Shown: piece by piece, positions 50,761-64,000 of the stretch
Layout: every line of letters starts with the position of its first letter
How positions within the stretch are numbered: position 1 is the stretch's first letter
Made by a program: the position numbers and the translations under genes
Notes under the pieces: generated by a model
Database searches by the model: none
What the model was told of the DNA's origin: nothing
The model's input: only the letters and a program-made list of their open reading frames with translations
Assembly (NCBI RefSeq): GCF_033153115.1
Contig: NW_026889757.1
Coordinates: 8,370,001-8,434,000, forward strand
DNA from: Saccostrea echinata
Lineage: Eukaryota
Direction of reading: 5' to 3'
Length of the DNA: 64,000 nt

Positions 50761-51177
50761 TTTATGCCTCCGTATCGAAGATTCGGGGGTATATAGTCTT
50801 TGCCCTGTCCGTCCGTCTGTCTGTCTGTTTGTCTGTTTGTCTGCAAAAACTTTAACATTGCTCATAACTTTTGATTGGTTGAAGCTATGGCTTTCATATT
50901 TCACATGTAAATTCCTTGTGACAAGACCTTCCTTTGGATACCAACAACTTTGACTCTTTGACATTGACCTTGGAGTTTGACCTACTTTTGAAAAACTTTA
51001 ACCTTTTCCATATCTTTTCAATGGTTGCTGCTAGGGCTTTCATGTTACACAGGTATATTCCTTGGTACAAGTACACTTTGGGTACGGTACCATCATATTT
51101 GATTTGCATTTGAGAAAGTTTAACCTTCGCTATAAGTTGCCATACGGGGCATCAGTGTTTCACAAACACATCTTGTT
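50761..51177. mobile_element. HINE of the same family, inverted relative to 49013-49966
   Basis: TTTATGCCTCCGTATCGAAGATTCGGGGG ... GGGGCATCAGTGTTTCACAAACACATCTTGTT; empty T-rich site in copy A at ~27400. Confidence 0.85.
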
Positions 51178-51539
51178 TTTCAGTATTCCTCATTCTTTGA
51201 AATCAAAGTAAGGAAAAGGTGACCAACTATATGAAAATATTCTTATGAAAAATATAAATGTCTCCACTTGGTAATAATCTGGAAAAAAAATAAGTGGTAG
51301 GTTTATGGGTTTTTTTATTGCTAATTGAAGGTGAATAAATAATTTATTAAATCATTACAACTTATTTTGATGTACCCACACTCTCGGATATATTTCACTA
51401 TAATGAACGTGAAATCATTGTATCCCTCACAAATATTTTGTCTTTTTCTGGCCAAATGGTTTTCTGGGGCATTTTATTTCTTTGATAAATTTTGAATTTC
51501 TTTTTTTTTTTAATGCTCTCTATCATATTGACTTTTTTG

Positions 51540-51845
51540 TTCTGAAACAAAAGAATAAGTTTTTTGTTGTGGCATTCAATCGACATTTAGATATATCGAC
51601 GACGTTTTATCATTTAACAATATTCATTTTCACTCCTGACTGATGTTTCTCGTAAACCATAAGTGTTACATTTATTGTCTACGATTTTTCCGTGTAAACG
51701 ATAATGACAAAAAGCACACAGTGTTGTGACTAGTCGATCCTGCTACCTGACTGCATCTCTGTTTTCAGAGGTCTACGTTGGTTTTGCTCATCAGAACATG
51801 AACTATTTAAACGGACTTTTAAGCATTACTGTTCGTTACCTTTCC
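51540..51845 (+). mobile_element. Penelope-like remnant
   Basis: CGACATTTAGATATATCGACGACGTTTTATC (TFRYIDDVL); paralogous to 27617. Confidence 0.7.
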
Positions 51846-51887
51846 AATGTGATGCGTCAACAGATGACTGCCAGGTTAATTCAATCA

Positions 51888-52163
51888 GATTGATTGATTT
51901 TGTGTTGTTTTACGTCCCGTTCGAGAATTTATCACTCATAAAGAAATGTCACCATTAACCGGTGAAGGGCTTGAAATTTAGACCTTTACTCTGCACTCAG
52001 GGCCATTGAGCAGTGAGGCATCTTTATCGTGCTAACGCCTGCCGTGACACAGAGCCTCGGATTTTAAGGTGCCATCCAAAAGACCCGTTACTTTCACTTC
52101 AAAGTGCCGAGCGCTTGGGGAAGGAACAGTCGCTACCTATTTTTTTATCGTTAGGTCAGTTGC
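51888..52163 (-). mobile_element. SINE copy
   Basis: (GATT)n tail, CGAGAATTTATCACTCATA, GGCCATTGAGCAGTGAGG. Confidence 0.8.
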
Positions 52164-53007
52164 GAGTTTGAATTGTGAAGCGTCAACAGATAAACGGCTG
52201 GCTAAAACAAATCTAGGTCATTTGGTTCAAATAAGTATTAAATATTCTTGGGCAAAGTTGAAGCTAAACAAAGCAAATTCTGAGTTGAAAACAAAATTAT
52301 TATGAATATCTCCAAATTTTTACTCACCCTGATACCATTTTGAGTTAACTTTCTTTATTAGAGTTCTTCTGTTAGAGAAAGAAAAAAGGATTCATTAATT
52401 TGGACAATCAAATTAACATATCAAAGATCAATCATTTATCATTATTATAAGTTTAACAAAATAGAGGGGGGACAAGGGCCTTAACGGTCACACATGAGTA
52501 TAATACAACATTGTGAAGGATCCATAGAAGTATCGAATGAAATAAACTGATAGATAAAGCTATGTTGCCCAAAAGCAAGAGAAATAGAATGACCAGGGAT
52601 CAACAAAATAATTAGTCTAGTACTCAGTAATAGATCTTAAAGTAGCAATATTTACTTGCCTGTACTTGTCCCCATTTCTCACTATCACCGTTCTGACTAA
52701 ACAAATCAATAGTGTTTGAGCACTATAAGAAGACCATCTCACTCCCTCTCACATTGGCCTTTCTTGTTTTTAAGAACATTAAATGTACAGAGATAAAGTT
52801 ATTTTGTCTCTTTTTTATCTTTTACTTACAACTCTAAATGACTATTAAAAACTATGAAAGTACTCTTCATATAGTATATTATAAAATTTCTTCTATAATT
52901 CTCTCATTAACTTGACCTTTAAATTACATTATTTGCAGTGATTAATTATCTTAGCTATAGGTGAATAGCAATGGGAAATTACTTTTCTCAGTAGACTACA
53001 ACTCAAT

Positions 53008-53340
53008 AGATTGATTTTATGTTCTTTTACGTCTCATTTGAGAATTTTTCACTCAAATAGAGACGTCAACATATACCAGTGAAGGGCTTCAATTTTAGAC
53101 CTTTACTCGGCACTCTGGGTCACCGAGCAGTGAGGGATCTTTATCGTGCAAACGTCTGTCGTGACATGGGCATCGGTTTTAAGACCTCATCCGAAAGACC
53201 TGCAACTTTCACTTCAAAGTACCGAGCGGTTGGTGAAGGAAGAGTCGTACCTGGTTTTTATCGGCTTAGGTCAGTTGCAGCCGGGGTTTGAATCCACAAC
53301 CCAACGATCACAAAGCGAACGTTCTACAGAACGAGCTACC
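53008..53340 (-). mobile_element. SINE copy with tRNA-like head
   Basis: Reverse-complement core plus GGGGTTTGAATCCACAACC (B-box region). Confidence 0.8.
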
Positions 53341-54646
53341 TAATTAATAGGAGTCTGTCCAGTACCTGAACTCTTGACATAGTAGTCCACAATATCAAAA
53401 TTCTGGTTTAAAATAGCCTTTCTTATTACAACTTTGTACTTTGTTTTCTTCCTAGATGTCAAGGACTAGCGAAGAAGATTTTCAAAGAATAGTGTTTTTT
53501 TTAATTAAGAATCAAATGGGCCCCACCTTAACCCATTACCCAGGGGTCATGAAATTCCCAGTTTTAGAAGAAGCACACGTGCTCTTTTAAACTATGCACT
53601 TCGTTTGATTGCTTAATTTTCTAGAGCAAAGATTTTCAGAGTAATTTATGTATTTTCACTATATTATCAATAGAGCCCCTTCCTAGTACCAGAGATACTA
53701 GATCCAGGGACCGAGAAATTCACAACTTGGAAGAGGCACCAATGCTCATTATATCCATGCACTTAGTATGTTTGCTTAATTTCAAGGGGCAGAGTGGAAG
53801 ATTTTACAGCGGAATAATGAATTTTCACGATATATTCAACAGAGACCCGTGGGCAACAAATTTCACAATTTTGGAAGAGGCATCCCCGCTCATTATAACT
53901 ATATAATAAGTTTGTATGCTAAATAATATAGGACAGAGAATGAGATAATTAAAGAATTTGTGCATTGATGAATTTTCAAAATCTGATCTTTAGACCTCTG
54001 ACGTAACACCAGGCCCCAGGATCATGAAACAAACTTAGACTTAAGTCAAATTTTCAATCGCCTATAGAATATTCATTAATTATAGAATTTATCTCTAAAT
54101 TTGTAGATAACAACACTTTTGTGAAGCAATATTGAAAAATATTTTAATTTTAGTCTGCTTGATTTTTACAACATTTCAATATAATATAAAGATTTTGACT
54201 CAAGCTTAAGATGTTTCATGATCAGGTGGCCTGAACCCTGACTCAGGGATCATCAATTTTATATCTATTTAATTGGTTAAGAACTTAATTGATGGCGTTG
54301 TTAATAATGGAAACTTCTATTTTTCAATTTTATCAACCTAGGTGTGTTTATATCCTCTCTTTTAATTTGTTTCATGAAATTGAGAAACAAAGCACCAAAA
54401 ACTGTCATAAACTTAAGATAATTCGATTATTATACAGTAACGAGCATACGAGTAGAACATGTGCTGATATAATTTATGCCTAGAAATTCCTTTCAAAGTC
54501 TAAAATTTCCACGGTCAGAAGTGCAACAAAAATGTTAGAAATATGTATAAATATCAATAGAAATTGATGAGCATATTGTTTCTAGTTGACCTCCTGTGTA
54601 ACCTCTGTTTCTCCAACGAAATAAAATGTCCTATGAAATACACTAT

Positions 54647-54653
<7 letters not shown>

Positions 54654-54736
<83 letters not shown>
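54654..54736. repeat. (TA)n microsatellite
   Basis: Seen directly. Confidence 0.95.
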
Positions 54737-54738
<2 letters not shown>

Positions 54739-55505
54739 GAATGTTTACACTTTCAATAGTAACCTTTATCAAAAGGAAATGGATTTATAAATAGAAGAGT
54801 CTGCTTAGCAGAAAATATCTACAAAAAATATAATTCAAGAGAACTAGTATATACTAAACTCATCAGCGTGGCCCACAAAACAATTACCAAGAAATTTCAC
54901 CAGGACTCATTTCTTATATTTCCTTTAAAATCTATATTGATCGATCTCGTAGTGTTTTCATCAGCACATTGCTCCAAGCTAATTGACATTTCCTACTCAA
55001 CCTCGAAAGAGTTCAGTTAAATTAAGTAATCACGATATGAGGTATTTAATACAAGAATTCTACAAGGACTTGATATACAAAATGAAAGGTACTTTCTAAG
55101 TTTTTAATGGTCAGGTTTACTTGTAAATGATACATGAATAAAAATAAGATAAAAAAATTTCAGACACCAAGAAAGACCATGATATATGTGTGGGGATTAT
55201 ACTTGATGTACTCCGTGAATATTGTGTTTTAAACTAAAGACTCCGTGAATATTGTGTTTTATACTAAAGCACTACTGTCTTGTATGTTTGGTGAAAGTAA
55301 TAGAGTGTAGATATAGCCATGACATGTACAGGCAAGTTTTTGAGTTGTTGATGATTACCAGACTAACTTTTTTGGTGATCCCTGATCATCCTGTTTCTTT
55401 CACTTTATTTTGTGTTATTATATACCATTCCATGGACCCTTTACAGGGTTGTATCATACTCATGTGACTGTTAATGGCTCTTGTTGGTGTTTGGAATATT
55501 TGAGG

Positions 55506-55923
55506 TAGGGCTGGGTATCGGTTGGAAATTTCTTATTGCGATATATTGCGATATGTCAAATTGTATTGCGATATGTCTTGCAATATTTTCAATAACAAAT
55601 AAAATGCTCTTTTCTTATTTTATTAACTTCAAATTATAAGCACAGTGTATAAAACATAAACACGTTGTAACAAAAAATCCAGTTGATTTCATTACAGTTT
55701 GGCAACTAAATGCGACCATACAACAGAAACCTTTACCCTTTGGTATTGTTTGGCCCGATTGAAAACGTTTCTGACATCCTAAATTTCATAATTATTTTAC
55801 ATTATAAATCTAAAGCCCAAGCATTTTGCCGGTATATTGGTACTGGAAAAACGTATCGCAATACGATATTTTTTGTTAACGAATCGAAATATGCCGGAAT
55901 ATCGATATTATTGCGCAGCCCTA
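55506..55923. mobile_element. hAT-type MITE, 8-bp TSD
   Basis: ATTTGAGG|TAGGGCTG ... CAGCCCTA|ATTTGAGG; single empty ATTTGAGG site in copy A at ~35520. Confidence 0.9.
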
Positions 55924-55967
55924 ATTTGAGGGTATAATTGGATTTTCAAAAGCCATGAAAGTATTAC

Positions 55968-58900
55968 CTGAAGGTGGAATACAAGATTCTTGTATAATTT
56001 CTTCTCCTTCGCAATCTTTTCCACCATGCCGTGGAGAAGGATTGGTACATGTGCGAGTTGCAGATTTTTTATACTCTCCATTTACTTGAACGCATTCACC
56101 CCAATTAGACCAGTCTGTCCAACCACCATCAACTAAAAAGAATTATTAATTACTAATTAAGTAAATACTCTATACATTGTTATTTAATTGTATTCATTAT
56201 TAATACTACTAATCGAAAAAAGGGATTTCTTCGTGTAAAGGTATATAACTCTTTTATGGTATAAAGATTATATTTAAGTAGTTTAAAATAACCCACTAGT
56301 GATAAAAATAATAAATAAATGCAAACATATTCAGATGGCACATCATATCATTAGTAAATTTTATAATAACATTATCGGTAACTAGAAATCTGTCCAAGAT
56401 GAGTAGCTTGAATGAATTTAATATAATTTCCAAAATACGATCTGTACATAATAAAAATATAATTATTTTTTCCCTTAACTTTTATAATTGAATGTTTAAT
56501 ATATGGTTTTTAACATAGCTTTTCAATATCATAATAGTGTCACCTTTTGTTGATTTTTCGCATAAGGAAGGCAATATCTTTGAGCAAACTTGTGGGTAAG
56601 TGACGGGGTAAAGTGTTCCATCTTCGTTCACCTTAACTGCTACGCAGTGGTGACGTTCTGGATTGCTGCTTAAGTCATCATCTCCTGAGCAAAACCATGA
56701 TACATATAGACATCTTATTTTGTCATGAATTTAAAAGCGACAGCATACTTATTTATCATATTTATGTCTGTATGAATAGTCGTATTTAAAGTATGTTTAA
56801 GTACGTTAATAATTGTGTAATAATTATCTGCACAACATGGTATGTTTCATTGAAGGAAGACTCCACTGCGTAAGGAATTTTCCATGTAGGTGGCGTTGAA
56901 AAAACGGTTCTAACAAGTTAAAAAGTTACTGATTGATTAAAAGAATTTGTTTGCACGGAACAAGGGGGGGGGGGGGGCATCAACTTAAACAAATGTCGGA
57001 CTCGGAAATTTGTTGACACGTAAATAAAAGTAAATTACTTGTTTAAACATGAAAACCCTATTTCCTTCGGGATTGGTGTGTGTGTGTGGGAGAGGGGGGG
57101 GCGCCCTCTAGACCCGCACATTGTATTGAACGATTAATTTGTAGTAAACGTAAATATATATGAATTTAAAAGAAACTCCAATGTTACAAAGTTAATGTCA
57201 TGTGAGTTCATAAGAATACAGTCAAATGCCGAAATATACAAGCCATGGTACAGCTTGGTCATATAAGATGAACATAAAGAAATAGCTTTTTTGTTTAAAT
57301 CAAGATTAAAAAGTATGGATTTACCTGTATCAAAGATTGATTGATTGATAGTATGCTGTTTAACGTCACATTCGAGAATTTTTCACTCATATAGAGATAT
57401 CACCGTATACCGATGAAGGGCTTTAAATTTAGACCTATACTCGGCACTCAGGGCCATTGAGTAGTGAGGGGTTTTTTGTATCCTGCAAAAGCCTACCGTG
57501 ACACGGGACCTCAATTTTTAAAGACTCATCCGAAAGACCCGTGACTTTCACTTCCAACTCCAGGAACAATCACTACTTATGTTTTACGTCTTAGGTTTGA
57601 CGCGGCGCGGCGAACGAGAATCGAACCCGGGGCTCCCGATCACGACGTAAACGCCCTACTGGTCCCTGCGTCAAAAATAATTATGCAAAAACTTTTATTG
57701 TTAAGGTCAGACGACAAATTCCTCAAATATATGTTTTGTATACCTTGGTATTATATCAATAATTATACATAATTGTCATTCTGAATTTTTAAATTGTTTT
57801 CAATATGTTTTTAGAAAATTTGTACACCAAAAATTGTGACATTGCCAAATCAAAGGGTTACCTATAAGGATTATATAAGAAATATTACCTTCTGGTATCT
57901 TGCCCAAATGCCTGGTAAGATGCATCAATTTTTTGTGAAAAAACTTGTTTAAAGCAATATGAGCTGCAACTTTGAGTCGGAAATTTTTGCGGAAAATTGT
58001 AATTAACAATTTCAATGAGAGAAAAAAAAAAAGAATATTTATAAACTTTTGTTGTTCATATTTGCGATGGAAATTGATTGAAGCAAAATTACATTATTGT
58101 CGTCCTGTGCAATATTGATTTCTTATATAATACTATACATTCCATTGTACAAAAACCTTTCTTATGAAAAAAATTAATACTTTATTTTAGTCTAATTGAT
58201 CATAAAGGTTAAAATTACATACTGATTTATCATAACAGCATATTTTAACAGAAAATTAAAATTCTTAAAAATGCAGCTCATATTGCTTTAAGTAGCTATA
58301 GTTCAATGACAAATTCTCGAGAAAAATTATATACATGTATATTCGGGGAACGTGTCGTCTGACCTTAATGCTTGCTTACCAGGATTACTCCAGTATTCGT
58401 AGCTTTGTCTGTAAAATCCTGTCCAAAATGCACGATATTTGACAGAATCAGTCAAGCCTGTATAGTGACCAATGACGTCTGCCTTCAAAGTACCACACTG
58501 TTTGACAGCTTCTGTCCAGGTCATCTCTACGGGAGATACTTGGCCGTCTGTAATAAAATCAAAATTAGAAACTCAGTTCAAATTTTACAGCCAAAAAAAT
58601 AAATTCATTCCTTGTGGTTTGTACAGTTTATGCAAGTAAGAATGTCATTATTTCATGCACAAGGCATGCATATCGATTCTTTTTTCCCTTATTGTATGAC
58701 AATACATATTTTATGTTGACGCTTGCTTTACTTACTTGAACACATATACCCAATTCTGTTCAGACAGGAAGAAAATTGATGATGTAACGGAAGTGTTCCT
58801 AAATATCTCACAGCAGCGCAATTACCAAAGTCATTTGCTAAAAACGGAAATGAGAATATTTTTTTCACTTTGCGTGTAGTAATTTATTTTGCTGCACCAT

Positions 58901-60696
58901 TCAATTAAGTTTCTTTTTGAGCAATTTATTCACTTTTATTCCAGTCGATTATCATTTTTATGACACCAACAAAGCAATATCTAACTACATGTACAAAGTA
59001 AAGTCAATAAAAATAGGAGGTATTAGATTTCGTATTTTATAGGGAACATTCTGTAGCGGAATTTATTAATTTATCTAAAATAATAATCATAAAATGATTT
59101 TTCAAATGTTAACTGATGATGTCTTTCAAACTAAAGTTTTACCGTGTGTTAATGGACTGTGTTTGTTGTATTTGTATACCACCACACTTCCGAGAAATGG
59201 CCCTCCAAATAGTTCACCGGGGTACTCCGGCAAAGTCTCATAAAAGCACATTTCGTCTTCCTTGCGGTATTTTTCTACGTCCTTATAACAGTAACATGAC
59301 GTTTTCTAGAAATTATAAAATAGTATCTATATACATGGATATGCTAAAGTATGTCATTAAGAAAGGTTGTAAGTTTTTGTTTTTTAGAGATAAGTTCTAT
59401 AATCTGGAAAAAAAAATCTAATAACATTGAATATCATAGAGAATTTATTATTTTTACGTTCTTATAATACCACACCAAAGGTTGAATCAAAGTTTCAATC
59501 ATGACAAAACTGCATGATTTATTATTGATAGGCAATTTATTTATCGTGCCTAATGACTACGTCCATATCACCTCTGAATGGCTGATAGAGCAAATTAAAA
59601 TATACATTCAAAAAATAAATAAATATTTCCATTATTTCCAATATTTCGCACTATTGTCTGAAGAGACTTATTATCTCCTTTTGCAGTTTTTGTCTAACCT
59701 GTAAACAATCAAAGGAAAAATATAAAATTATATAAAGGACCTTAAATGTATTTCATTCCCCTAACCGACTCATATTAACCTTTTCATATTTTAAAGTATT
59801 AAAGATATGCCTATATCATGCAATTTAATGATGTTTTGTATTGAACACAATAAAAAAGATTTTTGTTATTACATTTAGTTTTATTACATTTACAACGCAA
59901 AAATTAAAAAAAAACACAAAATGTAATAATCAAAAGGAGAATATTTACATACTGCGTTAATCCCGACGCAAAATGTAATTACACAAAATGTAATAATTCT
60001 AAATTTGTGATATGCCATTTTGGGTTATTACATTATGCGTCGATTTCTCTAAATTAAGAGATAATTTTCTCTAAATTATGAGATAATTTTCTCTAAATTA
60101 TGAGGACATTTTTCGTAATAATGAAATCTTTTTTCGTGAAAACGGGATTTTTCTCTAAATTAAGCTTTAAGAAATAGTTTTCTCTAAATTATGAGATAAT
60201 TTTTCGTAATAATGAAATCTTTTCTAGTAATAATGACATATTATCTCGCAATTACGAGATTTTTCTCGTAATGAAGAGATCTTTTGTCGCCCGCGTGGGC
60301 GTGGTTAGAACGTTTGCTCTAAAGTTGCGAGGTAAGGAGTTCATCCTTATGCCGCGGGTTCGAATCCCACTGCAGGACGTGCAGACCGGATCTTCGGATG
60401 AAACCATATAAACTTAGTAGGTGCTGGCTACTTAAAAAAAAAGATCGATCCCTAACTGCTCAAAGGACGTAAGTAGGGAGTACAGGTCTAATTTTGCAGT
60501 CCTCCACCGGCAAGTAGTTGCGTCTCAATATGAGCGAAAAATTCTCGAAAGGACGCTAAACAAACAAACAAACAGGATCTTTTCTACTAAAAATAAGATC
60601 GTTTTCTCTAAATTACGAGATCGTTTTCTCGTAATAACGAGATTATTTCTTTTAATTTAATAGTAATGAGGTCATTCTTCGTTATAATGAGATGTA

Positions 60697-60744
<48 letters not shown>

Positions 60745-62213
60745 GTTCTTTTGTGGTACTTTGGGAGATTTCAGACATCAGTTAATATCGCGAAAGAGCT
60801 TAAATACTTTATTTTTAGTATCTTACCGATATGCCTATTGTCGTAATATCATCGTAGTTATCACAGAAAGAATAGCAGTCATATGTGCGTTTTCCATGAT
60901 TAGCAGCGTTCTCAAAATCAATATGTTCATCCGCATCCCGGGTCTCAAAGCAACCTTCAATAAGAAATTCAAAAACTCTTCATAAGACCTCCAGTCAATA
61001 CCAAAGGCTTAAAAGCATATTTTTAATTGATTTATAAGGTAAATGCCTACACAGGCGCATATCGGAATTTTGAACAAATTGTTTTTCTGTTTACACGCAA
61101 TGTTTACACGCGTTTCTTTGAGACATTTTTACTTTAAAAAATTAATTCAAAAATTCAATAATATTCATAAGTAAATCAGCAAATACATTTGTCCTTTCAT
61201 ATAATTTTTGTCATACATTTTTTTAAGTTTTTATGATCATTTTTAAAAGAATGTCTTCTCATTTGCTTTGTTTTCTTTTTATGTTTTTTTCCCTCCTATT
61301 GTATTTTAGTCCCCCCCCCCCCTCCTGGTTTTAGAGAAATTTAGAATTTCCACTATCGAATTCTTTCGGTAGGAAATCTATAAAAAGATGGCAAATATGA
61401 AAGCATTGAAATTTCATCTAATCCTTTTAATGTAAAACAAAACTGAAACTACCGTGATTAACTATTTTACTTTGGAGTGTGTTTCAAACATATTTTTTTA
61501 ATGGGGGTGTTTGATTTTTTCCCCAAAAAGTAGAGCAGTCATGTCCATTAGAGACAATTATGTATGTTTATATAAAATACCTTTACCGGGTATCTATATA
61601 TGCACAAACTACTACCCAAAAGTGTTAACCATGGAGTCTGATGAACATCTGCTCCAATCCAGAAAAACTGATCCTGAGGGAAACCCGATGGTCGGGCCGG
61701 TACTCTGAATCCTTCAATGCTGAAATCGGTATTTTCCCAAGCTCCTAGTTGCTGACAATTTTTAGAAGACTCGTGCCAGCTTCTGGGCGTTGTATCATAG
61801 TAGACACCTAATTATAATAACCAGTTAACAGTTCATAAAAGACCTCATAAAACAATCCTCTTTGGAATAGTTCAAATATTTTTATTGCACTACATACTTT
61901 CGAGAAAATTTCATTTCGTTGTATTTTCATACAAAGGCCAAACCTTTTCTTTGATTTTTAATTATTTGTTTAGTGCTTCTTGACTTCTATAGAATTTTGT
62001 AACTAATAATAATGTTACATTTTCCATACGAGAACAATAAACATATGCTAAATTATTATCTTTTTTTGACAGTATTTTAATCCAAACATCTAGTGTAATC
62101 TTTTTTTTCCAGATAGAAGCTTGTCTTGATTTATGACACTTACCTCTATCGTCAGATTGAACAACTGAGAACCAAAAAGCCAAGAGCAAAATACCAAGTG
62201 AATGAGACATCAT
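55968..62213 (-). CDS. Paralogue B: signal peptide - split CTLD with WSC-like insert - CTLD - one TSP1; terminal exon unresolved, no hydrophobic tail found
   Basis: Exons 62213-62144, 61807-61616, 60954-60827, 59305-59143, 58837-58736, 58547-58380, 56684-56544, 56132-55968. Same phases as copy A, 376 open codons. Candidate ending: exon 54922-54897 (GNIRNESW*), or read-through into the intron. Confidence 0.85.
57334..57662 (-). mobile_element. SINE copy
   Basis: (GATT)n tail, GACACGGGACCTC, GAGAATCGAACCCGG (B box). Confidence 0.8.
60045..60692. repeat. ~22-bp minisatellite array interrupted by a SINE
   Basis: TTTTCTCTAAATTATGAGATAA units on both sides of 60289-60574. Confidence 0.75.
60289..60574 (+). 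mobile_element. tRNA-derived SINE
   Basis: Homologous to 38632-38927; GGTTCGAATCCC B box, (AAAC)n tail, GATCTTTT on both flanks. Confidence 0.88.
60700..60740. repeat. (CT)n microsatellite
   Basis: Seen directly. Confidence 0.95.
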
Positions 62214-62330
62214 AGTAATTTTCGGAAGGTCCAGCAAGCAGGCACTCTGGGTCTGAGGAGAGCAGGATAGCTTAGTGTTCTAGATCCGGCATTTGTTAAT
62301 AATAAGCAGGATCACAGATTGTTGAATTCA

Positions 62331-62338
62331 TATTTATA
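62331..62338 (-). promoter_or_regulatory. Candidate TATA box of paralogue B
   Basis: TATAAATA ~120 bp upstream of the ATG, within upstream sequence conserved between the copies. Confidence 0.3.
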
Positions 62339-63376
62339 ACTTTGTGTATACCCAACACATCCGTGGCTTTCATCCTAATAGTCAACAGAGGTCGTATTAT
62401 AAATGTAGTTAGCTAAAAGGTACATGGCGTATCTTATCTAAAAAAAAAACCTAAGCAGAGTGAAGATATATGTTACATGTATGTATGTTAAAATTATATA
62501 TTCCACAGATTCCGACCTTGAATAACTTCGTGTTTCTATAGTAAAACTGATTTAAAACTTTGCTGTAATTGTGTTAAATAAGAACAACAACCTCCACGTG
62601 CATGATTGTGGGAAAATACAGCATTAAAGCCATGGTGAAAGAAGAGGTTGTTAAGTGTGCATAATATTGTTAATACAACATAATTTTCTTTTAACCTCTC
62701 TCATCTGATTGTTTCTTCCTCGCTTTTCTCTCTAAATCTGTCAAACTTATTTGCTCGCTTTTCTATCGCTCTTTTTCAGTGTTGCCTTTGCTATTGATTG
62801 TCTAAATATAGTAAATTAAGGCAGAGTTATTCTAATCTCCATTATTTATGTGGTGTCGATAAGTAAAACGTAATAATTTGAAAATATTGATATCTTCATA
62901 TCTTTATAAATCCAATAAAATCAATATTTTTTACTAATATTTTCAAAAGTCATCAAATATCTAACGTCACATATAATTCCTTTTAAAATAAAACAATTCT
63001 GTAAATATATACACACAGGAGAATTAAGATCAAGGTAAATTGGTTAACATAGATAGAACCGATAGATCGAGGTACAAATACACACTGTACATGTTAATAT
63101 TTACTGATTTCTGATAAACAAAACAAATTTACGGGAAAAAACAGTAAGTATTTATTTACTTAAATGAAACAAAAACGTTGATTTCTCAAATATTTCATAG
63201 GAATATTTACACTTAGTAAATCTTAATTCGCCAGATATTTCATAGAAATGATTCCACTTTGTAAAACTAGAGACATAACAAAAACTTTGTCTCTGATAAA
63301 ACATTTTTTTTTACATGTAATATATATATATATATATATTTCAACGTTATTTGTAATAACTAGCATTATTATTATC

Positions 63377-63517
63377 NNNNNNNNNNNNNNNNNNNNNNNN
63401 NNNNNNNNNNNNNNNNNNNNNNNNNNNNNNNNNNNNNNNNNNNNNNNNNNNNNNNNNNNNNNNNNNNNNNNNNNNNNNNNNNNNNNNNNNNNNNNNNNNN
63501 NNNNNNNNNNNNNNNNN
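63377..63517. other. Assembly gap
   Basis: Run of N. Confidence 1.
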
Positions 63518-64000
63518 ATGTATATTGTTGAATAATTTATATTTGACAAAGATATTTTTAGGCCCGCAAAACAAAATTTTAAATGTATTATACAAATATA
63601 TATTTAAACTGTATTTTGATGAAATTGAACAAACCCATGGTTAGATTGCATGCAGAAAATTTGTAATATGTGTGTTTTATCAAATACATGGAACAATCAG
63701 GGTGCCAGTATAAATTATAAATGGATAACAGCGATAAAACAAAAATTACAAGATCAATTTACTCAAAACGTCCATTGACGTAAATAATTCCTCAAAAGGA
63801 CAAATTTACAAAATCTAGAAAAATACTTTTAAAATGAATTGTGTGTTACAGGATATTGAATGTTGTAGATTTCCAATAGATTTCATAAAGAAAATTACTG
63901 AAGGTAATCATTTTGGTTTGGTTGAATAAATTGAACTTGAACTTGGCCAATTGTTTGACAATTAAAGTCAAACTCATTACCAAATTCTCAAAATTATTGT

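Larger units (their letters stand above)
48970..63310. repeat. Tandem segmental duplication, copy B
   Basis: Colinear with 26700-44410; lacks the equivalent of roughly 32000-35200. Confidence 0.85.

Overview
AT-rich, intron-containing animal genomic DNA with four assembly gaps. The repeat families (Helentron-associated elements with satellite cores, Penelope-like RT remnants, tRNA-derived Deu/Nin-type SINEs, a DIRS/Ngaro fragment) point to an oyster or other bivalve (inference). All host genes are on the minus strand and were rebuilt by hand from GT/AG sites and reading-frame phase. (1) The 5' end of a secreted EGF-domain gene runs off the left edge. (2) A complete 6-exon gene encodes a 243-aa secreted EGF + MAM-like protein (4886-7728). 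(3) A complete 16-exon SLC5 Na+/solute symporter of the SMCT/SMVT/NIS group encodes 655 aa (11885-25527). (4-5) Two paralogues lie inside a tandem segmental duplication (~26.7-44.4 kb versus ~49.0-63.3 kb). Each encodes a signal peptide, a C-type-lectin-like domain split by an inserted 6-Cys WSC-like domain, a second CTLD, and TSP1. Copy A has two TSP1 exons and a GPI-signal-like tail. Copy B has one TSP1 exon and no hydrophobic tail. Divergence between the copies is concentrated in the WSC exons. This tethered/soluble pair with a fast-evolving glycan-binding insert is the best candidate for an undescribed system. Domain names come from manual motif recognition; no database search was run.
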